44,985 bases of DNA from assembly GCA_964016345.1 (NCBI GenBank), contig CAXHFM010000002.1, forward strand, positions 1 through 44,985. Direction: 5' to 3'. A program made the translations under genes and the position numbers. This stretch comes from an uncultured Candidatus Poseidoniales archaeon. Its GTDB lineage: Archaea; Thermoplasmatota; Poseidoniia; Poseidoniales; Thalassarchaeaceae. The first letter of the stretch is position 1; every line of letters starts with the position of its first letter. The notes beneath the pieces are model-generated. The model worked only from the letters and a program-made list of their open reading frames with translations. It had not been told where the DNA came from and searched no databases. This document shows positions 1 through 7,989 of this stretch, piece by piece.

Positions 1-23
1 CACATGAGTCCGAGAAGCCCGCC

Positions 24-503
24 ATGAGAGATTTGGCGTCTCTAGTTCATGATCTATCGAGAATACATTACAGAGTAGTAACCAACCTCATCCTAAGGGA
101 ACTAAGGACGTCCTTGATCGGAGGATGGAGAGAAACCGCACCAGACGAGTGGACTTCAGACACCGCCTTCTACTCTCATAGAGGAGGGATGGCAATCTGG
201 GAGTACGAACAATGCTTGATGGATGTTCTTGAGGCATCCGCGAACCAATCCGGCGCTCCTAAACCAGCCATAGATACTCTGCAATATGTTAAGATGTATC
301 AAAAGAAGATGTTCAACAACAGGACTTTCGCAGCACTATCCTTCATGTCATTCTTCTTTGGGATTAGCACCATGATCAACCAGTTTCCACCGTCTCTGAC
401 TGAGATGATACCTCCTCTAGCATTCTTCGCAGCAGGATTTTTCTGTCTAAAAATATACAGGGGAATGTCACCCTCCCCGGAAATTCCATTTAGGGAGATA
501 TGA
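24..503 (+). CDS. hypothetical membrane protein; the frame stays open to the left window edge, so it may be 5'-truncated
   Basis: 159-aa ORF with two C-terminal hydrophobic segments (FAALSFMSFFFGISTMI, PPLAFFAAGFFCLKIY). There is no stop in this frame between nt 3 and 24. No family was recognised. Confidence 0.4.
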   Translation: MRDLASLVHDLSRIHYRVVTNLILRELRTSLIGGWRETAPDEWTSDTAFYSHRGGMAIWEYEQCLMDVLEASANQSGAPKPAIDTLQYVKMYQKKMFNNRTFAALSFMSFFFGISTMINQFPPSLTEMIPPLAFFAAGFFCLKIYRGMSPSPEIPFREI

Positions 504-504
504 C

Positions 505-512
505 TTTTTTTT
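505..512 (+). terminator. oligo-T tract (8 T) directly after the stop of the first ORF; archaeal-type intrinsic terminator candidate
   Basis: The sequence is TGA CTTTTTTTTGCC, with the stop at 501-503 followed by a run of 8 T. Archaeal RNA polymerase terminates at oligo-dT runs. Confidence 0.35.
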
Positions 513-542
513 GCCTATTTTGGCGGTTTTACTACAACTATC

Positions 543-550
543 TTTTATAC
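543..550 (+). promoter_or_regulatory. TATA-box-like element upstream of the proteorhodopsin gene
   Basis: TTTTATAC lies about 21-28 nt upstream of ATG 571. That spacing fits an archaeal TATA-to-TSS distance and a leaderless or near-leaderless mRNA. Confidence 0.4.
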
Positions 551-570
551 TCAAAATAGGTGCCGTGGCT

Positions 571-1371
571 ATGGGATTAAACAAGCCCAACTCAAATGCA
601 ACAAGAACGAAAGTGGCGCTCAGTGCGTTGCTAGCTCTGTTAGTGGTCGGAACACAGACCGTGAGCGCAGCAACAACCGCACTTGCCAATGATGACTGGG
701 TCGGGATAAGCTTCTGGATCGCAACAGCGATGATGCTAGCCTTCACCGTGTTCTTCCTCATAGAGAGGCAGAACGTCCCCGACAAGTGGAAGACATCCAT
801 GACTGTGGCCGCTTTGGTCACTGGTGTGGCATGGTACCATTACACCTACATGAGAGAAGTTTGGGCAATGGGAGACGGTTCTCCTCTAGTCTACAGGTAC
901 ATCGACTGGCTGATCACAGTACCACTGCAAGTCGTTGAGTTCTACCTAATCCTCGCCGCTATCGGTGTAGGAACCTTCGCCATGTTCAGGAACCTCATGG
1001 GAGCATCCATTGTCATGCTAGTGGCTGGATTCTTCGGTGAGTCAGGAGCTATGGACAGCACTATCGATCTATCTGCTGAGATTTGGTGGGTCATCGGAAT
1101 GGCTGGATGGGGATACATCCTATACGAGCTATGGTCCGGAGATGTCAAAGAGGCCTCAGAGACTGGTAGCCCAAGCGTTCAGTACGCATTCAACTCAATG
1201 AGGTTGATTGTTACTGTAGGATGGGCAATCTACCCAATAGGATACCTAATGGGAGCTGGGACTATCGATGGCATGGGAACAGACGACATGAACATCCTAT
1301 ACAACGTTGCTGACTTGGTCAACAAGGGCGCGTTCGGTATGATGATCTGGTATGCTGCAAAGATGGAATAA
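571..1371 (+). CDS. proteorhodopsin, a light-driven proton pump with a DTE motif and Gln at the spectral-tuning position
   Basis: RYIDWLITVPLQVVEF carries the D/T/E triad (Asp codon 904-906, Thr 916-918, Glu 937-939). The Schiff-base Lys lies in NVADLVNKGAFG (codon 1324-1326). There are seven hydrophobic segments and an N-terminal signal-like segment. ATG 571 is preferred over the TTG 511 in the ORF track. Confidence 0.93.
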   Translation: MGLNKPNSNATRTKVALSALLALLVVGTQTVSAATTALANDDWVGISFWIATAMMLAFTVFFLIERQNVPDKWKTSMTVAALVTGVAWYHYTYMREVWAMGDGSPLVYRYIDWLITVPLQVVEFYLILAAIGVGTFAMFRNLMGASIVMLVAGFFGESGAMDSTIDLSAEIWWVIGMAGWGYILYELWSGDVKEASETGSPSVQYAFNSMRLIVTVGWAIYPIGYLMGAGTIDGMGTDDMNILYNVADLVNKGAFGMMIWYAAKME

Positions 1372-1413
1372 TCGGTAAAACGATAACTGTAGAAACCAAG
1401 GTAAAAACGTAAT

Positions 1414-1442
1414 CCGGGCGGTCGGTAACACCGGCCGTCCGG
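1414..1442 (+). terminator. GC-rich 12-bp stem-loop downstream of proteorhodopsin; candidate terminator or RNA-stability hairpin
   Basis: CCGGGCGGTCGG-TAACA-CCGGCCGTCCGG pairs over 12 bp (10 Watson-Crick plus 2 G:U). It starts 43 nt after the stop at 1371. No T-run follows it. Confidence 0.35.
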
Positions 1443-1476
1443 ACACACACAAATCTAAATCTCAACTCCATCTCCT

Positions 1477-1983
1477 ATGTCTATGAGAGGTTGGCCGTTC
1501 TATGCTGAGAACTCAGTCATTATAGAAGCTCCAAAGTCAGAAGTCTGGAAATCGATAAGCTCACCAGGCAATCTAAACGACTCTCATCCTTTCTGTAAGG
1601 AGAACACCGTTCAGAACTGGCCTGGAATGGAATCGGTTGATACCTTGGAGTATCTAAACGGGTTTGTGTTGATCAGAGAGTTCCAGACTTGGGATGAGGG
1701 CGAGGGGTATTCTCTGATGATAGGTAGAGACGGCGGGAGAAAGTCATTCGTCGAGTGGTCAATCTCAGAGATCAGTGAAAAAAGATCCACCCTCAAAATA
1801 AGAGTCCATCCACACCTTCTTTCTGATTCGAATAGAATTACCGCATCTCTGGCTTATTTATTCTATATCAGACCTAAATTGCGGAAGTACCTATTCTCAG
1901 TCACCAGGGGATTCAAATGGCAAATCGAGAATAAGAAGAGGATTCCGAGAAATCACTTCGGAAAGCACCCATGGTTCTCATAG
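1477..1983 (+). CDS. SRPBCC / polyketide-cyclase-like (START/Bet v1 fold) ligand-binding protein
   Basis: The N-terminal pattern SVIIEAPKSEVWKSISSPGNL...HPF and the length (168 aa) are typical of SRPBCC family proteins. The family call is from pattern memory only. Confidence 0.5.
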   Translation: MSMRGWPFYAENSVIIEAPKSEVWKSISSPGNLNDSHPFCKENTVQNWPGMESVDTLEYLNGFVLIREFQTWDEGEGYSLMIGRDGGRKSFVEWSISEISEKRSTLKIRVHPHLLSDSNRITASLAYLFYIRPKLRKYLFSVTRGFKWQIENKKRIPRNHFGKHPWFS

Positions 1984-2580
1984 ATCTTCTCTAGTGATTT
2001 GACCATCTTCGAAATTGTAGAACAGTGGCTTTCCAGTGGGAATCTCAACTGAGACAATATCTTCAGGACTTATGGACTCGATATGCATGACAATAGATCT
2101 CAGGGAGTTACCATGAGCCGAGACGAGAACATTCCTTCCGGCTTCCAGATCCCCCATTATAGTCTCCACGAAGTAGGGAACTGTTCTCGCGGCATTCATC
2201 TTCAGACTCTCGCCACCAGGAGGAGGGATATCGAAAGACCTCCTCCAGATATGCACCTGCTCTGCACCGTGAATCTCAGCCGTTTCTGCCTTGTTCAGTC
2301 CTTGTAGGTCCCCATAGTGCCTCTCGTTCAGTAGCTCATCCTTGATTACCGGGATATTACCGGAGAAAGAACTCCTGCTAATGATAATCTCAGCTGTCCT
2401 TTGCGCCCTCTTGAGTCCACTGGTGTGGACTACATCGAACGGTATCTCTGAAAGAAGATCACCCGCTTCCTTTGCTTCCTCTACTCCTCTATCAGAAAGA
2501 TCGACATCCGTCCATCCAGTGAATCTATTCTCAGCATTCCATACCGACTGGCCATGCCTGATAAGAACGAGTATCCCCAT
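1978..2580 (-). CDS. gpmA: 2,3-bisphosphoglycerate-dependent phosphoglycerate mutase (histidine phosphatase superfamily)
   Basis: LIRHGQSVWNAENRFTGWTDVDLSDRG contains the RHG catalytic His. SAHGNSLRSIV contains the second His, and IPTGKPLFY is also present. Confidence 0.85.
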   Translation of the reverse strand: MGILVLIRHGQSVWNAENRFTGWTDVDLSDRGVEEAKEAGDLLSEIPFDVVHTSGLKRAQRTAEIIISRSSFSGNIPVIKDELLNERHYGDLQGLNKAETAEIHGAEQVHIWRRSFDIPPPGGESLKMNAARTVPYFVETIMGDLEAGRNVLVSAHGNSLRSIVMHIESISPEDIVSVEIPTGKPLFYNFEDGQITREDL

Positions 2581-2589
2581 TCTATTACC

Positions 2590-3687
2590 TCAGACGGTGT
2601 GACTTTCCCTGAATCTAGGCTCGTGGAACTTCAATCCAAATTCGCTCGCTCTGGATTTTGCCATTAACGCGACATCCTCCTTCATTTCCCTCTCGGACTT
2701 AGCGGAGGAATCACAGTAGAAGTTGGTCTGAACAATGATCTTAGAGGGTCCTACTGAGCTTATTCTCACCCAGGAGTCATCCTTCTTCATCGACCTGGGA
2801 TCAGACGTTACTTGCTCCAGAAGAGAACTGCAGAAGCTCTTTATCGACTCCTGGTCGCTACTAGCCTCAAACTCGTATGATGGCTTTATCCTCCTGAACC
2901 TCCTCTGGCTAAAATTCTCAACAGAGGAGTTAGTGATGTTAGAGTTGGGAACGGTGACTAGGGTATCAGCGCTGGTTCTGATCAGAGTTGTCCTCAGGGC
3001 TATGGTCACTACCTCTCCCTCTACCCCATCTACAATAATCCAGTCTCCCACATTGAATGGCTGGTCAATTAGGATGCTTATGGCTCCGAATATATTCGCC
3101 ACCGTGTCCTTAGCAGCCAGAGCTAGTGCGAGACCTGTAATTCCTAGTCCGGCGATGAGCCCACTCAGATTTACCCCTGCGAGCCCGGCCATCATGAAGA
3201 CACCAGTGACGACGACCGCCACCCTTCCAACCGACTCCGCCACGCTGGCAAGAGATCTCCTGGCAGCTAGATTCTCCCCATCTACCACAATGAAAGCGTC
3301 CAAGTAGTCAACTAAACGATAGGCGGCCACAAGCATAAGCAGTACGAAGCCAGCGTATACGTACGAATTCAGACGTTCAACAGAACCTTCGTCCCATATT
3401 GGATCGGTGTTTGACACCAGCCAGTCTATCGCTAGCGTGAATACCAAGAATCCAATCATCCAGCCCAGAGAAGCAGGAGCCAACAGCGACCTCCCATCAA
3501 TCCTTTCTGTCTTTGATATCAGATTCATTAGCCTAGGGAAAAGTATCCTCCTGGAGGCAAAACCAGCAATTGCGCTGATGGCGATCACTACAGCCATCAC
3601 TATCATTGTTCCACTAGAGAAACCCGCCAAAACCGTGTCTCCCGACATGAACTCATCCAGTTGTTCCATGATTTGGGCGACAGGCAT
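2590..3687 (-). CDS. MscS-family small-conductance mechanosensitive channel
   Basis: Four or five N-terminal TM segments are followed by the conserved PFNVGDWIIVDGVEGEVVTIALRTTLIRTSADTLVTVPNS beta-domain motif. Confidence 0.85.
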   Translation of the reverse strand: MPVAQIMEQLDEFMSGDTVLAGFSSGTMIVMAVVIAISAIAGFASRRILFPRLMNLISKTERIDGRSLLAPASLGWMIGFLVFTLAIDWLVSNTDPIWDEGSVERLNSYVYAGFVLLMLVAAYRLVDYLDAFIVVDGENLAARRSLASVAESVGRVAVVVTGVFMMAGLAGVNLSGLIAGLGITGLALALAAKDTVANIFGAISILIDQPFNVGDWIIVDGVEGEVVTIALRTTLIRTSADTLVTVPNSNITNSSVENFSQRRFRRIKPSYEFEASSDQESIKSFCSSLLEQVTSDPRSMKKDDSWVRISSVGPSKIIVQTNFYCDSSAKSEREMKEDVALMAKSRASEFGLKFHEPRFRESHTV

Positions 3688-3704
3688 CCACTCATAAACC
3701 CCGC

Positions 3705-3721
3705 CCGGTCCTAAGGACCGG
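3705..3721. repeat. perfect 7-3-7 inverted repeat CCGGTCC-TAA-GGACCGG in the divergent mscS / M14 promoter region; function unknown
   Basis: Read directly from the sequence. It lies 18 nt from the mscS start (3687, minus strand) and 36-45 nt from the M14 start. Confidence 0.6.
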
Positions 3722-3756
3722 TTAACGAGGGATTCAATACGTGACCTCCTTTCGCA

Positions 3757-5955
3757 TTGTCATACATGACGACTCGAGAGGACAGGAGAGGGGCTAGAAA
3801 AAGCCAGGGCACCACTGTAATGGCCATGCTCCTTCCACTGCTTCTTTCAGTCCTCGCACCAGCCTCCCTCATTGCCCCCGCCGCAGCCCAAGACGCCGAG
3901 ACAGGAATAGCTCCTCAAGATATCTGGTCTGACGAGTACTCGCTCCAGATTTTCCCATGGGGGGGCGATAGTAGAGTTCAGTTCAGAGAATATCACGATT
4001 ACTTCACAATGAAACAGCGAATGCAGAACCTAGCAGATCAGAACACAGAGATAATGACTTTTCACGATGGTATGAATGGTGGCATGAACGCCCGCGGTGA
4101 GGAGACAAACCGTGGAACCTACCAAGGCTGGCATTACAACCACGATAGCCCATGGATGAAAATCACTGCTGATGTACACGGGGGCGAATGCAACGCATTT
4201 GTCGGAGACTGCGGAAACTATGAAGACAGACCGGATATCATGCTAGCCGGGAATTTCCATGCCAGGGAATGGATGTCCTACGAGGTACCAATGCTGTTCT
4301 TGGAGACCATTGCATACTACTACGGCATGGCCGGAGTCGATAATGACGGCGACGGGCTTGTGGACGAAGACGGATGGGATGGAATCGACAATGATGGGGA
4401 TTGCCTGATGCTTAACTCCTCCTTCCAAGACAGCAATGGCGATGGAAACCCATGCGGTCCTGGTGACTTAGGAGTAGACGAGGACTTCTCAGAGCAGTTC
4501 ATCACCGATATGGTAAATACAAGAGAGATGTATCTTATCCCAATGTTAAACGTGGACGGCAACAGGTATGACCGAGAGGTATATTGCGGGCCAACCGCAT
4601 GGGAGAACTGCCCCACCTCAGGTTGGAGAAAGAATCTGAGAGACAACACAGTCACAGGGGTAACCCCAATTCCAGATGTTGATGAAGAACCCGACCCAAG
4701 CTGTGACGGAGTAGATCTGAATCGTAATTTCCAGTACGAATGGGGCGCTCCCCTGGGTGCTACAGGGCCTCTCTTTCCAGGTATGTGCTATGCTGGCGAT
4801 GCCGGAGCTAACAATGACGTCTACAACGGGCCTGTAGACACTGTAGATCAAGACGGCGACAACCGACTCAATGAGGATCACGTGGATGGAAATGATGATG
4901 ATGCAGATGGTCTGATAGACGAGGACTGGTTGGGTGGAAACAGCGAGCCTGAGACCAAGTTCATCCAGGATATGACCGAGATGAATGATGACAACAATGA
5001 CGGATTCTCGGAGTTCAAAGCCACACTTAGCTGGCACTCATTCTCAGAACTCGTACTCTGGCCATGGGGGCATTGCACTGGATGCTATTCTCCAGATGAT
5101 GAGTTCCTGGTATATCACGGTGTAAAGATGGGCGAAATGACTGACTATGCCCCTATGCAGTCTTCCGATCTATATCCCACTACTGGGGACTTCTGCGACT
5201 GGCACTACGGAGTCCACAACTCCTACTGCTACACGATGGAGATAGGAACTGCATTCCACCAGCATCCAGATGATATCGCACACATCGCTGTGAGAAACCT
5301 TGGCGTTCCGTTCTACATGGTCGAGATGGCGGATGACCCCAGGTATCGTGCCATAGTGGGAATAGAGAACACCACGGTCAGCCAATGGCTCCAAGAGCCA
5401 TCAGATGTGCAGGTCAACAACGGAGACATTCCAATCTCACTCTGTCTCGAAGAGACTTTTCCATACTCCATCAACATCAACATGACACATCTTATGTGGA
5501 GGCTAGTACAGCCAAATAGACAGCAGGATGACTTCGGACCGACAGAGTGGGTTGATGTTCCATGGAAGATGTCAGCCTTCTCTGAACCTGGTCAAGATGA
5601 GGAGTCTGGATGCATACTTCTCGATGGTTCCAACGGGACCGTCATCCATTCTGAGATTCCTCTTCCCGATACATCGGTCGGTAAGATACAGTACAAGGCT
5701 ATGCTCGGTACTACTAACGGCGCATTCCCCTTTACGTACCCAACTCTGGAGGATGGAGGCAATTACTACGAGTTGGCAATACCATACCGTGCCTCATTTG
5801 GGTCTAGTATACTCTCATTGATGATGTTCATGGTGATAGCCAGCTTCGTCTGGGGAGGATTGGGTCTAACTCTGAGGGCGATGTTCGACGACGAGAGAGG
5901 GGTAATTGGACTCCCTGAAGATATGGCATCCGAATTTGACGGTGATGGAGAATGA
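3757..5955 (+). CDS. secreted, membrane-anchored M14 zinc carboxypeptidase with Asp-rich calcium-binding-type insertions
   Basis: M14 motifs are HAREW (HxxE), WRKNLRDN, VDLNRNF, SEPET and SWHSFSELVLWPWGH. There is a signal peptide (AMLLPLLLSVLAPASLIAPAAAQD) and a C-terminal TM segment (ILSLMMFMVIASFVWGGLGL). The ORF-track start is TTG 3757; ATG 3766 is an alternative. Confidence 0.85.
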   Translation: MSYMTTREDRRGARKSQGTTVMAMLLPLLLSVLAPASLIAPAAAQDAETGIAPQDIWSDEYSLQIFPWGGDSRVQFREYHDYFTMKQRMQNLADQNTEIMTFHDGMNGGMNARGEETNRGTYQGWHYNHDSPWMKITADVHGGECNAFVGDCGNYEDRPDIMLAGNFHAREWMSYEVPMLFLETIAYYYGMAGVDNDGDGLVDEDGWDGIDNDGDCLMLNSSFQDSNGDGNPCGPGDLGVDEDFSEQFITDMVNTREMYLIPMLNVDGNRYDREVYCGPTAWENCPTSGWRKNLRDNTVTGVTPIPDVDEEPDPSCDGVDLNRNFQYEWGAPLGATGPLFPGMCYAGDAGANNDVYNGPVDTVDQDGDNRLNEDHVDGNDDDADGLIDEDWLGGNSEPETKFIQDMTEMNDDNNDGFSEFKATLSWHSFSELVLWPWGHCTGCYSPDDEFLVYHGVKMGEMTDYAPMQSSDLYPTTGDFCDWHYGVHNSYCYTMEIGTAFHQHPDDIAHIAVRNLGVPFYMVEMADDPRYRAIVGIENTTVSQWLQEPSDVQVNNGDIPISLCLEETFPYSININMTHLMWRLVQPNRQQDDFGPTEWVDVPWKMSAFSEPGQDEESGCILLDGSNGTVIHSEIPLPDTSVGKIQYKAMLGTTNGAFPFTYPTLEDGGNYYELAIPYRASFGSSILSLMMFMVIASFVWGGLGLTLRAMFDDERGVIGLPEDMASEFDGDGE

Positions 5956-7793
5956 GCTCTGGATCGGAGTCCACCTCAGATGAGTTCAGTGGCAGACTCG
6001 GACTAATCTTTGCTACAATCGGCGCGGCAATCGGAACAGGGAACATCTGGAGATTCCCCCGTATGGTAGGTGCAAACGGAGGGGGTTCATTCCTGGTGCC
6101 ATGGCTTATCTTCCTCTTTGTGTGGTCGGTTCCTCTAATCATCGCTGAGTTCGCCTTAGGAAAGAGGAGCAGAACCGGAACAGTGGGAACCTTCCGAATT
6201 TTCGGAGGTAAGAACATGGCATGGATGGGCCTCTGGACCGCTTGGATATCAACAGCAATAGGATTCTACTACGCAGTCGTTACAGGATGGTGTCTGAATT
6301 ATTTCCAGACAGCAGTTAGAGGTGGCCTTGGGAGTGAAGTGGACACCACAGAGGTCTGGAACTCCTTCCTAGAGTCCCCAACTGACGTAATCTTCTTCCA
6401 GGCTATAGCGGTAATAATCACAATGGCTGCTATCTGGAGAGGAGCAAAGGCAATAGAAAAGGTGAATGTGATTCTAATGGTCTCACTGTTCATACTGCTC
6501 TTCTCAGCACTCTTCCTGGCTTTCGTGATGGATTTGAACGACGGAACCCTAGATGGTTTCGTCTACATGTTCAGTATCCAGCCCGAGTACCTGATGCAAC
6601 CGGAGACCTGGATCAGCGGACTATCCCAGTCAGCATGGTCCTGCTCGGCGGGTATGGGAATGGCAATTACCTACTCGGTCTACATGAGAAAGGATGAGGA
6701 TACCACTCTCAATGCGGCAACCATGTGCCTGGCAAACAACAGCATCAGCATAATTGCAGGACTAACAGTCATGATGGCTGTGTTCGCAGTAGTGGACGAC
6801 CCCCTCAGCGCTGTCGGAGCAGGGAGCTCCGCGATAACATTCCTAGTTCTACCAGAGGTATTCGCTCAGGCACCAGGCGGCCCAGTGGTACAGGTCGTCA
6901 TGGTAACAGTATTCTTTTTGGCCCTCTCATTCGCAGCTCTCACCTCAATGATTTCCACTGTTGAGCTATGTGTCAGGAACTTCGTTGATCACGGAGTCGA
7001 TAGGTCTCAGGCAGTAGGATTTACCAGTATCGCGATCTTCCTCTTCGGACTACCAAGTGCAGCACTTTGGATTAAGATGGACACTGCAACCGGCGTGGCC
7101 TTCCCACAGTTCCTAGAGGTACAAGACCACATTTGGGGATATGGACTGATGTTCAGTGGACTGTTCATCGCATACACAATATGGAAGTACGGCTGGAGCA
7201 GATACAAGCACTGGCAGGTTGAGAACGATATCGATGGATTCAGCTTCAGTGACTATCTAGACAATGGCGTTTCATCTTTCCGTGATGACTTCATTAACAC
7301 TGGTGACAATGATTGGTGGATAGGAAAATGGTGGGACTACATAATGTATCTCGGATTCCCAATAATGTTCTCTGTCTTGATGGGCTCTTACTTCATTGAC
7401 CTACTCGTCAATGTAGATGATCCATGGAACCCTTCTAACCCTAATGGGATTTCTATCATACTCCTCTTCTGGGGGGTTACAGCCTCCCTGTTCATCGGAC
7501 TAAACAGGTACATACTGGTCAATCGGATGATTCCTACGAGCTCTGCCTCAGGACCATGGCCCCTATACATACTCTCGGGGGACTTCGAGCTCGAGCCCCG
7601 TCCTCTGTACAGGAACGTACCCGAGGGCGCAGACGCACCTATCGACACACTCCCGGGAGGAGAGGACGAATTCATCGTCCAAGCAGGAGAGCAGGTACCC
7701 TCGACCTTCACGGATGATTATGGAGAAACCAGGGCACACACACTCGCCACCATTGAAGCAGAGCTTGTGGGAACATACACTCGTAACCCTTGA
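5952..7793 (+). CDS. sodium-dependent transporter of the NSS/SNF (neurotransmitter:sodium symporter) family; likely amino-acid uptake
   Basis: The N-terminal signature is GLIFATIGAAIGTGNIWRFPRMVGANGGGSFLVPWLIFLFVWSVPLIIAEFALGKRSR. There are about 12 hydrophobic segments. The ATG overlaps the M14 stop (ATGA at 5952-5955). Confidence 0.9.
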   Translation: MSSGSESTSDEFSGRLGLIFATIGAAIGTGNIWRFPRMVGANGGGSFLVPWLIFLFVWSVPLIIAEFALGKRSRTGTVGTFRIFGGKNMAWMGLWTAWISTAIGFYYAVVTGWCLNYFQTAVRGGLGSEVDTTEVWNSFLESPTDVIFFQAIAVIITMAAIWRGAKAIEKVNVILMVSLFILLFSALFLAFVMDLNDGTLDGFVYMFSIQPEYLMQPETWISGLSQSAWSCSAGMGMAITYSVYMRKDEDTTLNAATMCLANNSISIIAGLTVMMAVFAVVDDPLSAVGAGSSAITFLVLPEVFAQAPGGPVVQVVMVTVFFLALSFAALTSMISTVELCVRNFVDHGVDRSQAVGFTSIAIFLFGLPSAALWIKMDTATGVAFPQFLEVQDHIWGYGLMFSGLFIAYTIWKYGWSRYKHWQVENDIDGFSFSDYLDNGVSSFRDDFINTGDNDWWIGKWWDYIMYLGFPIMFSVLMGSYFIDLLVNVDDPWNPSNPNGISIILLFWGVTASLFIGLNRYILVNRMIPTSSASGPWPLYILSGDFELEPRPLYRNVPEGADAPIDTLPGGEDEFIVQAGEQVPSTFTDDYGETRAHTLATIEAELVGTYTRNP

Positions 7794-7817
7794 AGAAGAG
7801 CTCGCATTGTCAGTCTC

Positions 7818-7937
7818 ATGCTGGAACAAGTCGTAACGGCCATTGCAATCCTCATTGTCACTCCCGGATGGGCTGTGGCGATCATCGCTGTGGCCTACTG
7901 GTTTTGGAGAAGGCTGAACCCCCTAGTAAAGGAATGA
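7818..7937 (+). CDS. possible 39-aa single-pass membrane micro-protein (below the ORF-track size cutoff)
   Basis: The ATG-to-TGA ORF encodes MLEQVVTAIAILIVTPGWAVAIIAVAYWFWRRLNPLVKE, a hydrophobic core followed by a positive patch. It fills the otherwise empty 196-nt gap between the NSS gene and hisS. Confidence 0.3.
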   Translation: MLEQVVTAIAILIVTPGWAVAIIAVAYWFWRRLNPLVKE

Positions 7938-7989
7938 TGCGCCCTCCAAGTGCCATAGGTCTTGAAGTGGTCAAGTTCGTGGCGAAGTC

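Noticed and set aside
511-570. The TTG start at 511 gives a 20-aa N-terminal extension of the proteorhodopsin ORF.
   Set aside because: The TTG lies inside the T8 terminator-like run. The TATA-like box at 543-550 would fall inside the coding region. ATG 571 gives a normal signal-peptide-like N-terminus.
468-821. A 117-aa minus-strand ORF overlaps the proteorhodopsin gene.
   Set aside because: It is antisense to a gene with unambiguous family motifs, and its own sequence has no recognisable features.
2735-3307. A 190-aa plus-strand ORF lies inside the mscS gene.
   Set aside because: It is antisense to a well-supported MscS CDS. Its composition is low-complexity and rich in Ser, Thr, Leu and Ala, which is typical of a shadow frame.
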